42,689 bases of DNA from positions 1 through 42,689 of the forward strand of contig JAJXZJ010000003.1 in the NCBI GenBank assembly GCA_021780105.1, in the 5' to 3' direction. Source of the DNA: a bacterium. GTDB lineage: Bacteria; Verrucomicrobiota; Verrucomicrobiia; Limisphaerales; J093. This document shows, piece after piece, positions 9,779 through 18,440 of the stretch (position 1 is the stretch's first letter; each line of letters begins with the position of its first letter). The notes under the pieces were generated by a model. The model saw nothing but the letters and a program-made list of their open reading frames with translations, was not told the DNA's origin and did not search any database. The position numbers were made by a program, and so were the translations under genes.

Positions 9779-11095
9779 ATGACGTTGGCGGAACAAGTCA
9801 GACAGGCGGGCGTGGTCGGCGCGGGCGGTGGTGGTTTTCCCACCCACGTCAAACTGGCCGCGCGGGCCGACACGGTGATTGCGAACGGCGCCGAATGCGA
9901 GCCGCTCCTGCACAAGGACGCCGCCGTGATGGAACACCAGGCGAAGGCGCTCGTCCGCGGCGTGGAGCTGGTCATGGAAGCCGTTGGCGCACAGGATGGT
10001 GTCGTCGCCATCAAGGCCAAGAATCACCACGCGGTGGAGGCGGTTGAAGCCGCCTGCCACAGCCACCGTGTGCGCGTGCAGTTGCTCGGCGATTACTATC
10101 CCGCGGGCGACGAATACGACCTGGTTTACACCGTCACTGAAAGATTGATTCCGCCGGCGGGCCTGCCCATCCAGGTCGGCGTGGTGGTCAACAACGTGGA
10201 AACGCTGGTCAACGTGGCTGCCGCCGCGGATGGCCGGCCCGTGACGCACAAGACCTTGACGCTTGCCGGCGCGGTGAAGAATCCGCTGACGCTCACGGTG
10301 CCCGTGGGCACGACGTTCCGCGAGGCCATCGAAGCGACTGGCGGTTTCGCCACGAACGAACCGGTGCTTTGCCTGGGCGGCCTGATGATGGGCGAAACGA
10401 CCGAAAACCTCGACACGCCGATTACCAAGACCGCCACGGGCGTCGTGGTCCTGCCGCGCAGTCATCACGTCATTCAACGCAAGCTGCAGCCGCCCGCCAC
10501 GCAGGACCGGATCGGCAAATCCGCCTGCGACCAGTGCCGGTATTGCACGGAATATTGCCCGCGCTTTCTGCTCGGCTACGCGGTCGAACCGCACCAGGTC
10601 ATGCGCAGCCTTGCCTTCACGGCCACGGGCGCGGCGCATTGGAACGAGTGGGCCTCGCTGTGCTGCGCCTGCGGGCTTTGCACGCTGTTTGCCTGCCCGG
10701 AGGAACTGTTTCCGAAGGAAGCCTGCGACAATGCAAAAGCCGAGCTGCGCCGCGCCGGGACGAAATGGACCGGCCCGACGATCGTCAAGCCGCACCCGAT
10801 GCGCGAAGGCCGCCGCGTGCCGATCAAGTCGCTGATGCGCCGGCTGCACGTCGAGCAATTCAATCATCCCGCGCCGTGGCAGGCGGTTGAAGTGCGGCCG
10901 CAGCAGGTGATCCTGCCGTTGAAGCAAAATGCGGGCGCGGCCAACGAACCGTCGGTGAAACCGGGCGACCGCGTTGCCGCCGGCCAGCCGCTCGGCGCGC
11001 CGCCGGCGAAGGCGTTGGGCGCGCCTCTTCACGCGCCGTTCGCCGGCCGCGTGGTCAGCGTCACCAACCGCATTGTTTTGGAGCGAATGCCATGA
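9779..11095 (+). CDS. PduS-like Fe-S flavoprotein (RnfC/NuoF-related; N-terminal NADH/FMN domain, 2x[4Fe-4S] ferredoxin motifs, C-terminal barrel-sandwich-like domain)
   Basis: Starts MTLAEQVRQAGVVGAGGGGFPTHVKL, the NuoF/RnfC/PduS GGxGFPT motif. Two Cys clusters, CDQCRYCTEYCP and CCACGLCTLFACP. About 439 aa, with PduS-type domain order. The stop overlaps the start of the BMC-T gene (ATGA). Confidence 0.7.
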   Translation: MTLAEQVRQAGVVGAGGGGFPTHVKLAARADTVIANGAECEPLLHKDAAVMEHQAKALVRGVELVMEAVGAQDGVVAIKAKNHHAVEAVEAACHSHRVRVQLLGDYYPAGDEYDLVYTVTERLIPPAGLPIQVGVVVNNVETLVNVAAAADGRPVTHKTLTLAGAVKNPLTLTVPVGTTFREAIEATGGFATNEPVLCLGGLMMGETTENLDTPITKTATGVVVLPRSHHVIQRKLQPPATQDRIGKSACDQCRYCTEYCPRFLLGYAVEPHQVMRSLAFTATGAAHWNEWASLCCACGLCTLFACPEELFPKEACDNAKAELRRAGTKWTGPTIVKPHPMREGRRVPIKSLMRRLHVEQFNHPAPWQAVEVRPQQVILPLKQNAGAANEPSVKPGDRVAAGQPLGAPPAKALGAPLHAPFAGRVVSVTNRIVLERMP

Positions 11096-11643
11096 GTGAG
11101 AAATCTGTTGGGCTGATCGAACTGTCGAGCGTCGCCTCCGGCTTCCTGGTGGCAGACACCATGCTGAAGGCCGGCAACGTGCGGCTGCTGCTGTCGCGCT
11201 CCATCTGCTCCGGCAAATACATGGTGCTCATCGGCGGCGAAACGGCGGCCGTGGTCGCGGCGGTGGACGCCGGCGTGGTGGCGGCCAACGGTTGTCTGAT
11301 CGCGTGCTTTACGATTCCAAACGTCCATCCGGACGTCATCGTCGCGCTGGGCCGCACGGCACCGGTGCAGCCCGACGGCGCGCTCGGCATTCTCGAATCG
11401 TTCAACGTCGCGACGTTGCTCGAAGCCGCGGATGCCGCCGCGAAATCCGCCGCGGTGACCCTTCTGGAAATCCGGCTCGCGATGGCGCTGGGCGGCAAGG
11501 CGTTTTGCACGCTGACCGGCGACGTCGGCTCCGTGCAATCCGCCGTCGCGGCCGGCAAACGCGTCATCGGCGAAGCCGGCGCGTTGGTGAACGCCGTCGT
11601 GATTTCCCGCCCGCATCCGGACGTTTACCGCGAAGTGATCTGA
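11092..11643 (+). CDS. PduT-like tandem BMC-domain shell protein (BMC-T) with conserved Fe-S-ligand cysteine
   Basis: 183 aa. MSEKSVGLIELSSVASGFLVADTMLKAGNVRLLLSRSICSGKYMVLIGG aligns with the PduT N-terminus ([42 protein letters not shown]), including the Cys that ligates the [4Fe-4S] cluster at the trimer pore. A second BMC repeat follows (LGILESFNVATLLEAADAAAKSAAVTLLEIRLAMALGGKAF). Confidence 0.8.
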   Translation: MSEKSVGLIELSSVASGFLVADTMLKAGNVRLLLSRSICSGKYMVLIGGETAAVVAAVDAGVVAANGCLIACFTIPNVHPDVIVALGRTAPVQPDGALGILESFNVATLLEAADAAAKSAAVTLLEIRLAMALGGKAFCTLTGDVGSVQSAVAAGKRVIGEAGALVNAVVISRPHPDVYREVI

Positions 11644-11831
11644 TGCCGGCGAGTACCGTCGGATGTTCTGATTGCTTCAGCCAGGGAACCCGCGAAATCT
11701 CCTCGCCCGGGAGACACTGGAAACAGACATTCAACGAATTCTCCCCCCGTGAATTCGCAAAAAATCGTAGAATTCGTGTCTCCGCGCCTCCGCGTCTCGG
11801 CGGTGAATACTGGAAGGCGTGACCGCGATCC

Positions 11832-12317
11832 CTACTGAAGCTTCGCCAGCGTCGCTTGAATGGCCGCGAAGTTCGGCAAATCCTTCGGTGTCGGCGTTTG
11901 CTCGCTGTATTGCACGATGCCGTGTTTATCAATCACGAACGCCGCGCGGGCCGAGGTCGAGCCCAGTCCCGCGAGGTCCGGCAACAGCACGCCGTAAGCC
12001 GTGGCGGTTTTCTTGTTCAGATCGCTGGCCAGCCGCACGGTGATTTTTTCCTTCTGCGCCCACGCCTCCTGCGCAAACGGGCTGTCCACACTTACGCCGA
12101 TCACGTCGGCGTTGAGCTGCGCGTAGGCGTTGAGACCGCCGGAGATGTCGCACATTTCCTTGGTGCAGACGCCGGTGAACGCCAGCGGGAAGAACAGCAG
12201 CACGGTGTTCTGCTTGCCGGCATTGTCGCTTAGTTTCACGTCGCCGACGCCGGCGGCGGTTTTCGATTTCAGGGTGAAGTCAGGGGCTTTCGTGCCAACA
12301 GCAAGGGGCATAGTCAA
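11832..12317 (-). CDS. peroxiredoxin (AhpC/TSA / Prx family thiol peroxidase)
   Basis: MPLAVGTKAPDFTL...VLLFFPLAFTGVCTKEMC is a classic peroxiredoxin active site. 161 aa; the start may be the ATG two codons downstream. Confidence 0.85.
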   Translation of the reverse strand: MTMPLAVGTKAPDFTLKSKTAAGVGDVKLSDNAGKQNTVLLFFPLAFTGVCTKEMCDISGGLNAYAQLNADVIGVSVDSPFAQEAWAQKEKITVRLASDLNKKTATAYGVLLPDLAGLGSTSARAAFVIDKHGIVQYSEQTPTPKDLPNFAAIQATLAKLQ

Positions 12318-12474
12318 TTTGTGGTTTGATGTTTAGTCCAGTCTAACAACGGTCAAACCAGTAGGCCGAAGCGCCGGCGGTGTCAAATCGGCGGCACATT
12401 TCGCTTTTCTCCGCCGGCGGCTTGTGGCCTGATGACCGTCCCACCGCCAGTCGGTGCAACCTGTTTACAAACGC

Positions 12475-13698
12475 ATGACCACACCCGCTCATTCGCTCGC
12501 CACCGTCCTCGTCAAGCCCGGCGAAGCCGACCGTCTCCTCGCCGGCCACCCGTGGGTTTACGCCGGCGCCGTCCTCCGTGTCAGCCGCGCCATCGCCGAC
12601 GGCGAACTCGTGCAGGTGAAGGACCACCGCCAGCGATTCCTCGGCGTGGGCTTCTTCAACGCAAAGTCGAAAATCCATGTCCGGCTGCTCGCGCCGGAGC
12701 GGGTGGAGGTGAACGAAGCATTCTTCGAAGCGCGTCTTCGCGCCGCGCTGGAACTGCGCCGCCGGCACCTGCCGGGCGCCACGTCTTTCCGCGTCGTCAA
12801 CGCCGAGAGCGATTTCCTCAGCGGGTTGATCGTGGACAAATACGAGGACGTGCTCGTCCTGCAAACCTCCTCGCTCGGCATGGACCAGCGGAAGGCGCAA
12901 ATCGTCGCCGCGCTGCAAAAACTCCTTTCGCCGCGCGCCATCGTCGAGCGCAACGATCAATCCTCCCGCCAGTTCGAGGGCCTGCCCGAATCGAGCGGCG
13001 TGCTGGCCGGCGCGCTCGACGGCGACGTGCCCGTGCAGTTCAACGGCCTCCAATTCACCGCCAACCTGGCCGCCGGCCACAAAACCGGCCTCTACCTCGA
13101 CCAGCAGGTGAACTACCAGCGCGTCGCCGACCTCGTCGCCCGCATTCCCGGCGCGCAGGTGCTGGACGCCTTCAGCTTCGTCGGCGGGTTCGCCCTGCAC
13201 GCCGCCCGCGCCGGCGCGGCGCGTGTCCATTTGCTCGACCAGAGCGCCGAGGCCATCGCCGCGGCCCAGCGGCACGCGGAGCTGAACGGCCTGGCCGACC
13301 GCTGCTCGTTCGAGGCGGCCAACGTCTTCGACTGGCTCAAGGCGCGCACGGCCACCGCGCCGCACGAGCGATTGATCCCGCCGTTCGACGCCGTGGTGCT
13401 GGACCCGCCGTCCTTCACACGCAACCGCGCCTCCGTGCCCGACGCCCTGCGCGGCTACAAGGAAATCCACCTCCGCGCGCTCAAGCTGCTCAAGCCCGGC
13501 GGCCTGCTCGCCACCTTCTGCTGCTCGCACCACGTGGACGCCGTGACGTTTCAGGACGTGATCCTGGCGGCGGCCTTCGACGCCCGGCGGGTGCTGCGGC
13601 GCGTCGCCACGTTCAGCCAGTCGCCCGACCACCCGGTCATCCCCGCAATTCCGGAAACCGAATACCTCAAAGGCTACGCCTTCGAAATCGCGCGCTGA
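12475..13698 (+). CDS. class I SAM-dependent rRNA methyltransferase, RlmI/RlmK-like (PUA + methyltransferase)
   Basis: LLAGHPWVYAGAV is the RlmI N-terminal PUA motif. VLDAFSFVGGFALHAA and DAVVLDPPSF are methyltransferase motifs. Confidence 0.8.
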   Translation: MTTPAHSLATVLVKPGEADRLLAGHPWVYAGAVLRVSRAIADGELVQVKDHRQRFLGVGFFNAKSKIHVRLLAPERVEVNEAFFEARLRAALELRRRHLPGATSFRVVNAESDFLSGLIVDKYEDVLVLQTSSLGMDQRKAQIVAALQKLLSPRAIVERNDQSSRQFEGLPESSGVLAGALDGDVPVQFNGLQFTANLAAGHKTGLYLDQQVNYQRVADLVARIPGAQVLDAFSFVGGFALHAARAGAARVHLLDQSAEAIAAAQRHAELNGLADRCSFEAANVFDWLKARTATAPHERLIPPFDAVVLDPPSFTRNRASVPDALRGYKEIHLRALKLLKPGGLLATFCCSHHVDAVTFQDVILAAAFDARRVLRRVATFSQSPDHPVIPAIPETEYLKGYAFEIAR

Positions 13699-14069
13699 AC
13701 GGGAAATGGCGTGGAGCTTGCGCGGGTTGGCCACGAGCACCTTCGCCCCCAGGCCGGCAAGCTCCGTCTGCCCCAGTTCTAATTCCACCGAAAACAGCGA
13801 GGAACCTTGCCATTTGATTATGGAGGCAGCCTGTCAAGGGGATGAAACGCTGCGATTGGCCCGTCAAGACTGGCCCAATGGGGGCATGACCGCGTTGTTT
13901 ATCGCCGGCGCAACGAGATCGAGCGCTGGTTCCGCCGGCGCAAAGGCTACGCCGCGTGTTTTCACGATTCGACAGGCTCAATGTCCTGTTCTCCGGCGTT
14001 ATCGTCCTGGCGCTCATCTTTGAGGCTCTGCGGGTTAGTGTTAACACGCCCCAGGACAAGAGCAGTTCC

Positions 14070-16691
14070 CTAGTGAGCAACAGGTGATCCTGTGTGAATT
14101 TCAATCGTCCGCGCTGAAATCCTGTCTGCCGGCAGATCCAGCGTGCCGGCCCGGCCGGACCAACGGTCGAGGTGCAGGACGATGCGCGGCGGCGGATTGC
14201 GGCGTGGCGGGTCGAGTTTCAACCGCGCGCTCCGGCCGTCTTTCGCGACGCGCAGTTCCAGCGACAGCGGCCCGAACGACGTCAGCACGCCGCGCAGCCG
14301 CGTGACGGCGCCGGGCTTTGCCCACGCGGCGGGCAGCGCCTCGAACAGATGTAATTCCCGGCCGCGCTCCAGTGCCAGCGAGTTGCGCACCAGCCGGATG
14401 AATTCCGCGCTGGCCCAGTTGTGCGGCATGTCGCCGACGACGGCGTTGCCCTGGCCCACGGGCATCTGCTCCTCGCGCCAGCACAGCAGCGGCGAGGCGT
14501 GATTGCCAAACGCGTAAAGCGTGCGCGCCGCCTTGTCACCGTCGCCGAGCCACAGCCAGGCTGCGCCGTAAAAACCGCCGAAGTAGGTCCAGATGCCGTT
14601 CTTCAGCCAGCCGGTGTCGAGCACCAGCCCTTCCTTCTCCACCGCGTGGAGCATGGCCATGTTGCCGCGCACAAGCGGGTCGTCCGGCGCGAACACCTTG
14701 CCCGGAAACACCGCGTGCAGAAACGCCCACTGCGCCTTCTGCGGCGGGATGCCTTCGCCCTTGGCCATGCGAATCGGCAGGTAACGGTTGCCATGCGCGT
14801 CGGTCTTCAGGTCGCGCGCGGCGGCCCGGCGGAACGTGGCAAAGAAGTCGTCATACTCGCGCTGCCACGCGTCGGCCTCGGTGTCGTTGCCCAGCCAGCG
14901 CGCGGCTGCAATCGCCGCCCGCATCCCGGCCATCGTCCAGTAAATGTTCGTGTATTCCGGCACGCGGTCCGCGAGGCCGCCATCACTGAAGCCGTCGGGA
15001 ATCAGCCCGGCGTTCGGCGCGCCTGCCGGCGGCATCCGGCGCATCGCTTCGATGAACTTGAAGCCGCGCTCGACGCTCGGCCACACCGACCGCAGCCACG
15101 CGCGGTCGCCGGTGAGTTGCGCGTGCCGCGCCACGGCCCAAAGCACGATGCCGGTTTCCTTCCAATGCCCGTCAATCAGCATGAACCCGCCGTCCGTCCG
15201 CTGGAAACTCATCAGGTATTTGATGCCGGCGCGCGCCTCGTTCGTGCGGCCGAGGAAGGTGACCGCTTCGAGCAAAAACGAGCCGTCCACCACCCACAAA
15301 CCGCGGTAGCACGTCGGGCCGACCTGGAACGCCGGCAGGCCGTTTTTGATTTCGCGTGCCTGGTAGATGTTGCGAATGGACGCGTCCAGTTGCGCCTGCA
15401 CCGCGGTGTCCGGCACCTCGATGTGGCCGTAAGGCAGAGGGACGTGACGCCAAAAACGCGCCGCCGCGCTCCGCGCGTTTTGCACCTGCGCCACGGTTTT
15501 GGGAAACGCCACCGGCCGTAGCCCGCGGCTGATCGTGAAGGCGAGCACGCGTTCGGCGCCGGGCGCAAGGGTCAATTCGTCAAACCGCAGCAGCGTCCGC
15601 GCGCCGGCCTGTTCAATGCGTGGGCAGGGTTGCGACACGATAATCAGCGTGCCCGTGCCGAGGCGCAAGGTGCGGGCGTCCACCGTGGCGACCGGTGTTT
15701 CGCTTTCGACCGTGAGCGTCGGCGTGACGCGCGCCAGCGCGGCGCCGGGATTGCGCAGGCGCACGAGCAGCACATCGTTGCGCGTCGGCCGGCCGCTGAA
15801 GTTGGGCACGCCGCACTCCACCCGCGCCAGCGGCGGCTTGATCGTCACGCCGGAAATCAGTTGCTGCGCGTCGGGCGCGTCGCCGGCGCGGAAGATCCAC
15901 AGCAGGTTGAGAATCGTGTTTTTGTCCGGTGCATTCGCCGCCGCGGCCACCGCCACGTCAATCCAGCCGTCGCCGTTTTCGTCGCTGGCGTCGAACGCGA
16001 ACACCGCGGGCACGTTGCGGCCCTTCTCGGCGATGAGGTCCACGGTGCGGCGCGTTTTGCCTTCAATCTGCAAGTCGAGCACGCGCTGGGCGGCGTTCGT
16101 GTGCCAGCCTTCGCACAGACCGAAGACGACGGTGTAATGCGCACCCGCCGCCGCGCGGAACCGGTAGGCGACCGGCTGATTGTAACCGACCACGATGTGC
16201 CGGAACGCCGGATCGCACACGATTTTCGGCGTCGCCCAATTCGCCGAGGTCGTGGTGGCGCCGACGCGTTCCACGGCGAGCGGGTTGGCCGGCGGCGGTT
16301 CCGCGGCGCGCAGCGGCGGCGTGACGGCGAAGGCTTCTTCAACGATTTCGACCGCGCCGCTGCGCTTCGTCGTGCGGACAATCGGCACGCGCGCCGAAAC
16401 GAGTTCCTGTCCCGACCACGTCGCGCCGTCGGCGGTGCCGAACGTGAGCTTCGTGCCGAAGCCGGCGAACCTGCCGGGGTAGTCGTAAAGCAGCGCGCCG
16501 TCCTTGCCGACGAGCGTTTTCTGCCAGTCGTCGGGCAGGCAGATGGCGGTTTGCCAATCCGGCGGCGCGTAGCGGTGATCCAGCGTCCACGCGTCGTCTG
16601 CGGCGCAGGCGAAGGAAGGGACCAGCAGAAGTAAACCCAGCAGCGCGGAGGGGACGCGGGCGGGGGACGGCAAGGCAACTCGCTTTGGCAT
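14070..16691 (-). CDS. secreted glycoside-hydrolase-like protein with (alpha/alpha)6-barrel region; family not determined
   Basis: The internal ATG gives MPKRVALPSPARVPSALLGLLLLVPSFACAADD, a signal peptide. The C-terminal half (GLWVVDGSFLLEAV...WAVARHAQLTGDRAWL...GLIPDGFSDGG...YWTMAGMRAAIAAARWLG) looks like six-hairpin glycosidases. About 873 aa. Confidence 0.5.
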   Translation of the reverse strand: MPKRVALPSPARVPSALLGLLLLVPSFACAADDAWTLDHRYAPPDWQTAICLPDDWQKTLVGKDGALLYDYPGRFAGFGTKLTFGTADGATWSGQELVSARVPIVRTTKRSGAVEIVEEAFAVTPPLRAAEPPPANPLAVERVGATTTSANWATPKIVCDPAFRHIVVGYNQPVAYRFRAAAGAHYTVVFGLCEGWHTNAAQRVLDLQIEGKTRRTVDLIAEKGRNVPAVFAFDASDENGDGWIDVAVAAAANAPDKNTILNLLWIFRAGDAPDAQQLISGVTIKPPLARVECGVPNFSGRPTRNDVLLVRLRNPGAALARVTPTLTVESETPVATVDARTLRLGTGTLIIVSQPCPRIEQAGARTLLRFDELTLAPGAERVLAFTISRGLRPVAFPKTVAQVQNARSAAARFWRHVPLPYGHIEVPDTAVQAQLDASIRNIYQAREIKNGLPAFQVGPTCYRGLWVVDGSFLLEAVTFLGRTNEARAGIKYLMSFQRTDGGFMLIDGHWKETGIVLWAVARHAQLTGDRAWLRSVWPSVERGFKFIEAMRRMPPAGAPNAGLIPDGFSDGGLADRVPEYTNIYWTMAGMRAAIAAARWLGNDTEADAWQREYDDFFATFRRAAARDLKTDAHGNRYLPIRMAKGEGIPPQKAQWAFLHAVFPGKVFAPDDPLVRGNMAMLHAVEKEGLVLDTGWLKNGIWTYFGGFYGAAWLWLGDGDKAARTLYAFGNHASPLLCWREEQMPVGQGNAVVGDMPHNWASAEFIRLVRNSLALERGRELHLFEALPAAWAKPGAVTRLRGVLTSFGPLSLELRVAKDGRSARLKLDPPRRNPPPRIVLHLDRWSGRAGTLDLPADRISARTIEIHTGSPVAH

Positions 16692-16753
16692 GGCGAAAAG
16701 CTCCGCCCCGCGGCCGCCACCGGCTTTGACGCAAGTCAACCGCGCCGGCTGGT

Positions 16754-17872
16754 TCAACCGCCGAGTTCGTGGCGGCGGCGCCAGAGTTCGCGTGGTTTGA
16801 ATATGCCCGCCGGCGTGATGATACCGGTGATCAGTTCGGCCGGCGTCACGTCGAAGCCGGGATTCCGCGCGCCACTGGTTGGATTCGCCACGCGGACGTA
16901 TAACGATTTCAAATTTGAGATTTGAGATTTGAAATTCCCAACGGCTCCCCACGCACCGAGCACTTCGTCTTCGCTGCGTTCCTCGATCGGAATGTCCGCG
17001 CCGGCGCGCAGGCTCCAGTCAATCGTGGAGAGCGGGATCGCCACGTAAAACGGAATCCGGTGCCGGTGCGCGAGCACGGCCTTCGTGTAGGTGCCGATTT
17101 TGTTCGCAATCTCGCCAGTGCGGCCGAGCACGCGGTCGCTGCCGACGATGACGAGGTCAACTTCGCCGCGCTGCATCAGGTGGCCGGCGGCGTTGTCGGC
17201 GATGACCTGGTGCGAAACGCCCTGCTGCGCGAGTTCCCACGCGGTGAGCGTCGCGCCCTGGCAGCGCGGGCGGGTTTCGTCGCAGAAGACATGAATCTTC
17301 CGTCCCTGCGCCTGCGCGGCGTAAATCGGCGCGGTGGCGGTGCCGACGTCCACGCACGCCAGCCAGCCGGCGTTGCAATGCGTGAGCACGCGGGCGCCGG
17401 CGCGAATCAGCCGCGCGCCGTGACGTCCGATGGCCTCGCAATGCGCCACGCTTTCCTGCGCGAACTGCTCGGCGGCGGCCAGCGCCAGCGCCTGCTGCTC
17501 CTCCACCGACTCGCCCGGCGCCATCGCCGCGCGCACCTGGTTCATCGCGTTCACCGGGTCCACGGCGGTGGGCCGGGCGGCCTTGAGCGTTTGAAACACG
17601 GCTTCGACGTGCGCGGCGAATTTCGCGAGGTTGCTCCCGCGAAACGCCCGCGCGCCCTGTGCCAGACCGTAGGCTGCGGTGGCGGCGATGGCCGGCGCGC
17701 CGCGGACGATCATGTCCCGGATCGCGGTCGCGGTTGCGCGGAAATCGCGCGTGGCGCTGATTTCAAACTGGTGCGGCAGCAGGCGCTGTTCGATGAGCTG
17801 GACGGCGTTGTTTTCCGCGTCAAACCAGACGGTGCGGAAGTGTCGGGTGCGGCCGGCGACGGTGACGTTCAT
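16754..17872 (-). CDS. mtnA: S-methyl-5-thioribose-1-phosphate isomerase (eIF-2B alpha/beta/delta family)
   Basis: Internal start MNVTVAGRTRHFRTVWFDAENNAVQLIEQRLLPHQFE...AIRDMIVRGAPAIAATAAYGLAQGA...NPGFDVTPAELITGIITPAGIF, about 372 aa. The upstream 183 codons of the track ORF are Arg/Pro-rich non-coding frame. Confidence 0.8.
   Translation of the reverse strand: MNVTVAGRTRHFRTVWFDAENNAVQLIEQRLLPHQFEISATRDFRATATAIRDMIVRGAPAIAATAAYGLAQGARAFRGSNLAKFAAHVEAVFQTLKAARPTAVDPVNAMNQVRAAMAPGESVEEQQALALAAAEQFAQESVAHCEAIGRHGARLIRAGARVLTHCNAGWLACVDVGTATAPIYAAQAQGRKIHVFCDETRPRCQGATLTAWELAQQGVSHQVIADNAAGHLMQRGEVDLVIVGSDRVLGRTGEIANKIGTYTKAVLAHRHRIPFYVAIPLSTIDWSLRAGADIPIEERSEDEVLGAWGAVGNFKSQISNLKSLYVRVANPTSGARNPGFDVTPAELITGIITPAGIFKPRELWRRRHELGG
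16904..16936. repeat. AT-rich 7-bp microsatellite (atttgag)x3 plus degenerate flanking copies, inside the mtnA coding sequence (in-frame)
   Basis: The sequence gatttcaaatttgagatttgagatttgaaattcc in a ~68% GC gene encodes ...GNFKSQISNLKSL... on the minus strand. Confidence 0.6.
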
Positions 17873-17901
17873 GCGGGAAAAGTTCGGGATGGAGCCGGCG
17901 G

Positions 17902-18312
17902 TCAGCGGATTTCCACGCGCAGGGCGCGGATGCGCGCCCGCAGCCTGCGGTAGAGCGGATGTTTGCGGAAGCCGGCGAGGTCGGGGTCCTTCGCCAGCCA
18001 GCCGAATTCGCGGTAGCCTTTGTCCAGCGCGAGGTTGAGTTCCGCGAACGCCGCGTCGTGGCGGTCGGTCAGCGCGTAACTGCACGCCAGGTTGTAATGC
18101 GCCAGCGGATCGTCCGGCCGGAGCTGGGCGAGGCGCAGGTCCACCTGCAAACCCTCCTCGAACTTGCCGCGCCTGGTGTAGTCGTCGCCGAGGATTTGCA
18201 GGGCTTCGACGTAACCGGGATCCCGCCGGGTCAGGCCCGTCAGGAAGCTGATTTCGATGTCCAGATCGCGCTTTTGCTCGCGATTCAGACTGGGTCTTCT
18301 GCTCACTGCCAT
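17902..18312 (-). CDS. tetratricopeptide (TPR) repeat protein
   Basis: 136 aa with TPR-like helices (ALQILGDDYTRRGKFEEGLQVDLRLAQLRPDDPLAHYNLACSYALTDRHDAAFAELNLAL). Confidence 0.6.
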   Translation of the reverse strand: MAVSRRPSLNREQKRDLDIEISFLTGLTRRDPGYVEALQILGDDYTRRGKFEEGLQVDLRLAQLRPDDPLAHYNLACSYALTDRHDAAFAELNLALDKGYREFGWLAKDPDLAGFRKHPLYRRLRARIRALRVEIR

Positions 18313-18440
18313 AAACCGGGGAGTATCTTGGCGGCGCGCGGTCCCAAGTCAAGGCACGGCCGCGCCAGCCGGCGGCAGCAAAAGTTGCCCGCCTCCTAGC
18401 ACCGCCGCACGCCGTTGCCATGAAAGCAGAGCCACGCGGC

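Noticed and set aside
9761-11032. 423-aa ORF on the - strand
   Set aside because: Antisense to the PduS-like gene. It is Arg-rich low-complexity with no domain signal.
12343-13817. Two long ORFs (481 aa on the - strand, 461 aa on the + strand) overlapping the RlmI-like gene
   Set aside because: They are the alternative and antisense frames of a gene with clear PUA and methyltransferase motifs. The 461-aa frame is almost pure Arg/Pro/Ala.
14421-16634. 366-aa and 334-aa + strand ORFs, and a 287-aa - strand ORF, inside the glycoside-hydrolase-like gene
   Set aside because: These are mirror or alternative frames of the 873-aa secreted protein and have no independent features.
16922-17953. 343-aa + strand ORF
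   Set aside because: Antisense to mtnA.
16754-18421. 555-aa - strand ORF as one protein
   Set aside because: The N-terminal 183 residues (Arg/Pro/Gly-rich) are upstream non-coding or overlap the TPR gene region. The real MtnA starts at MNVTVAG.
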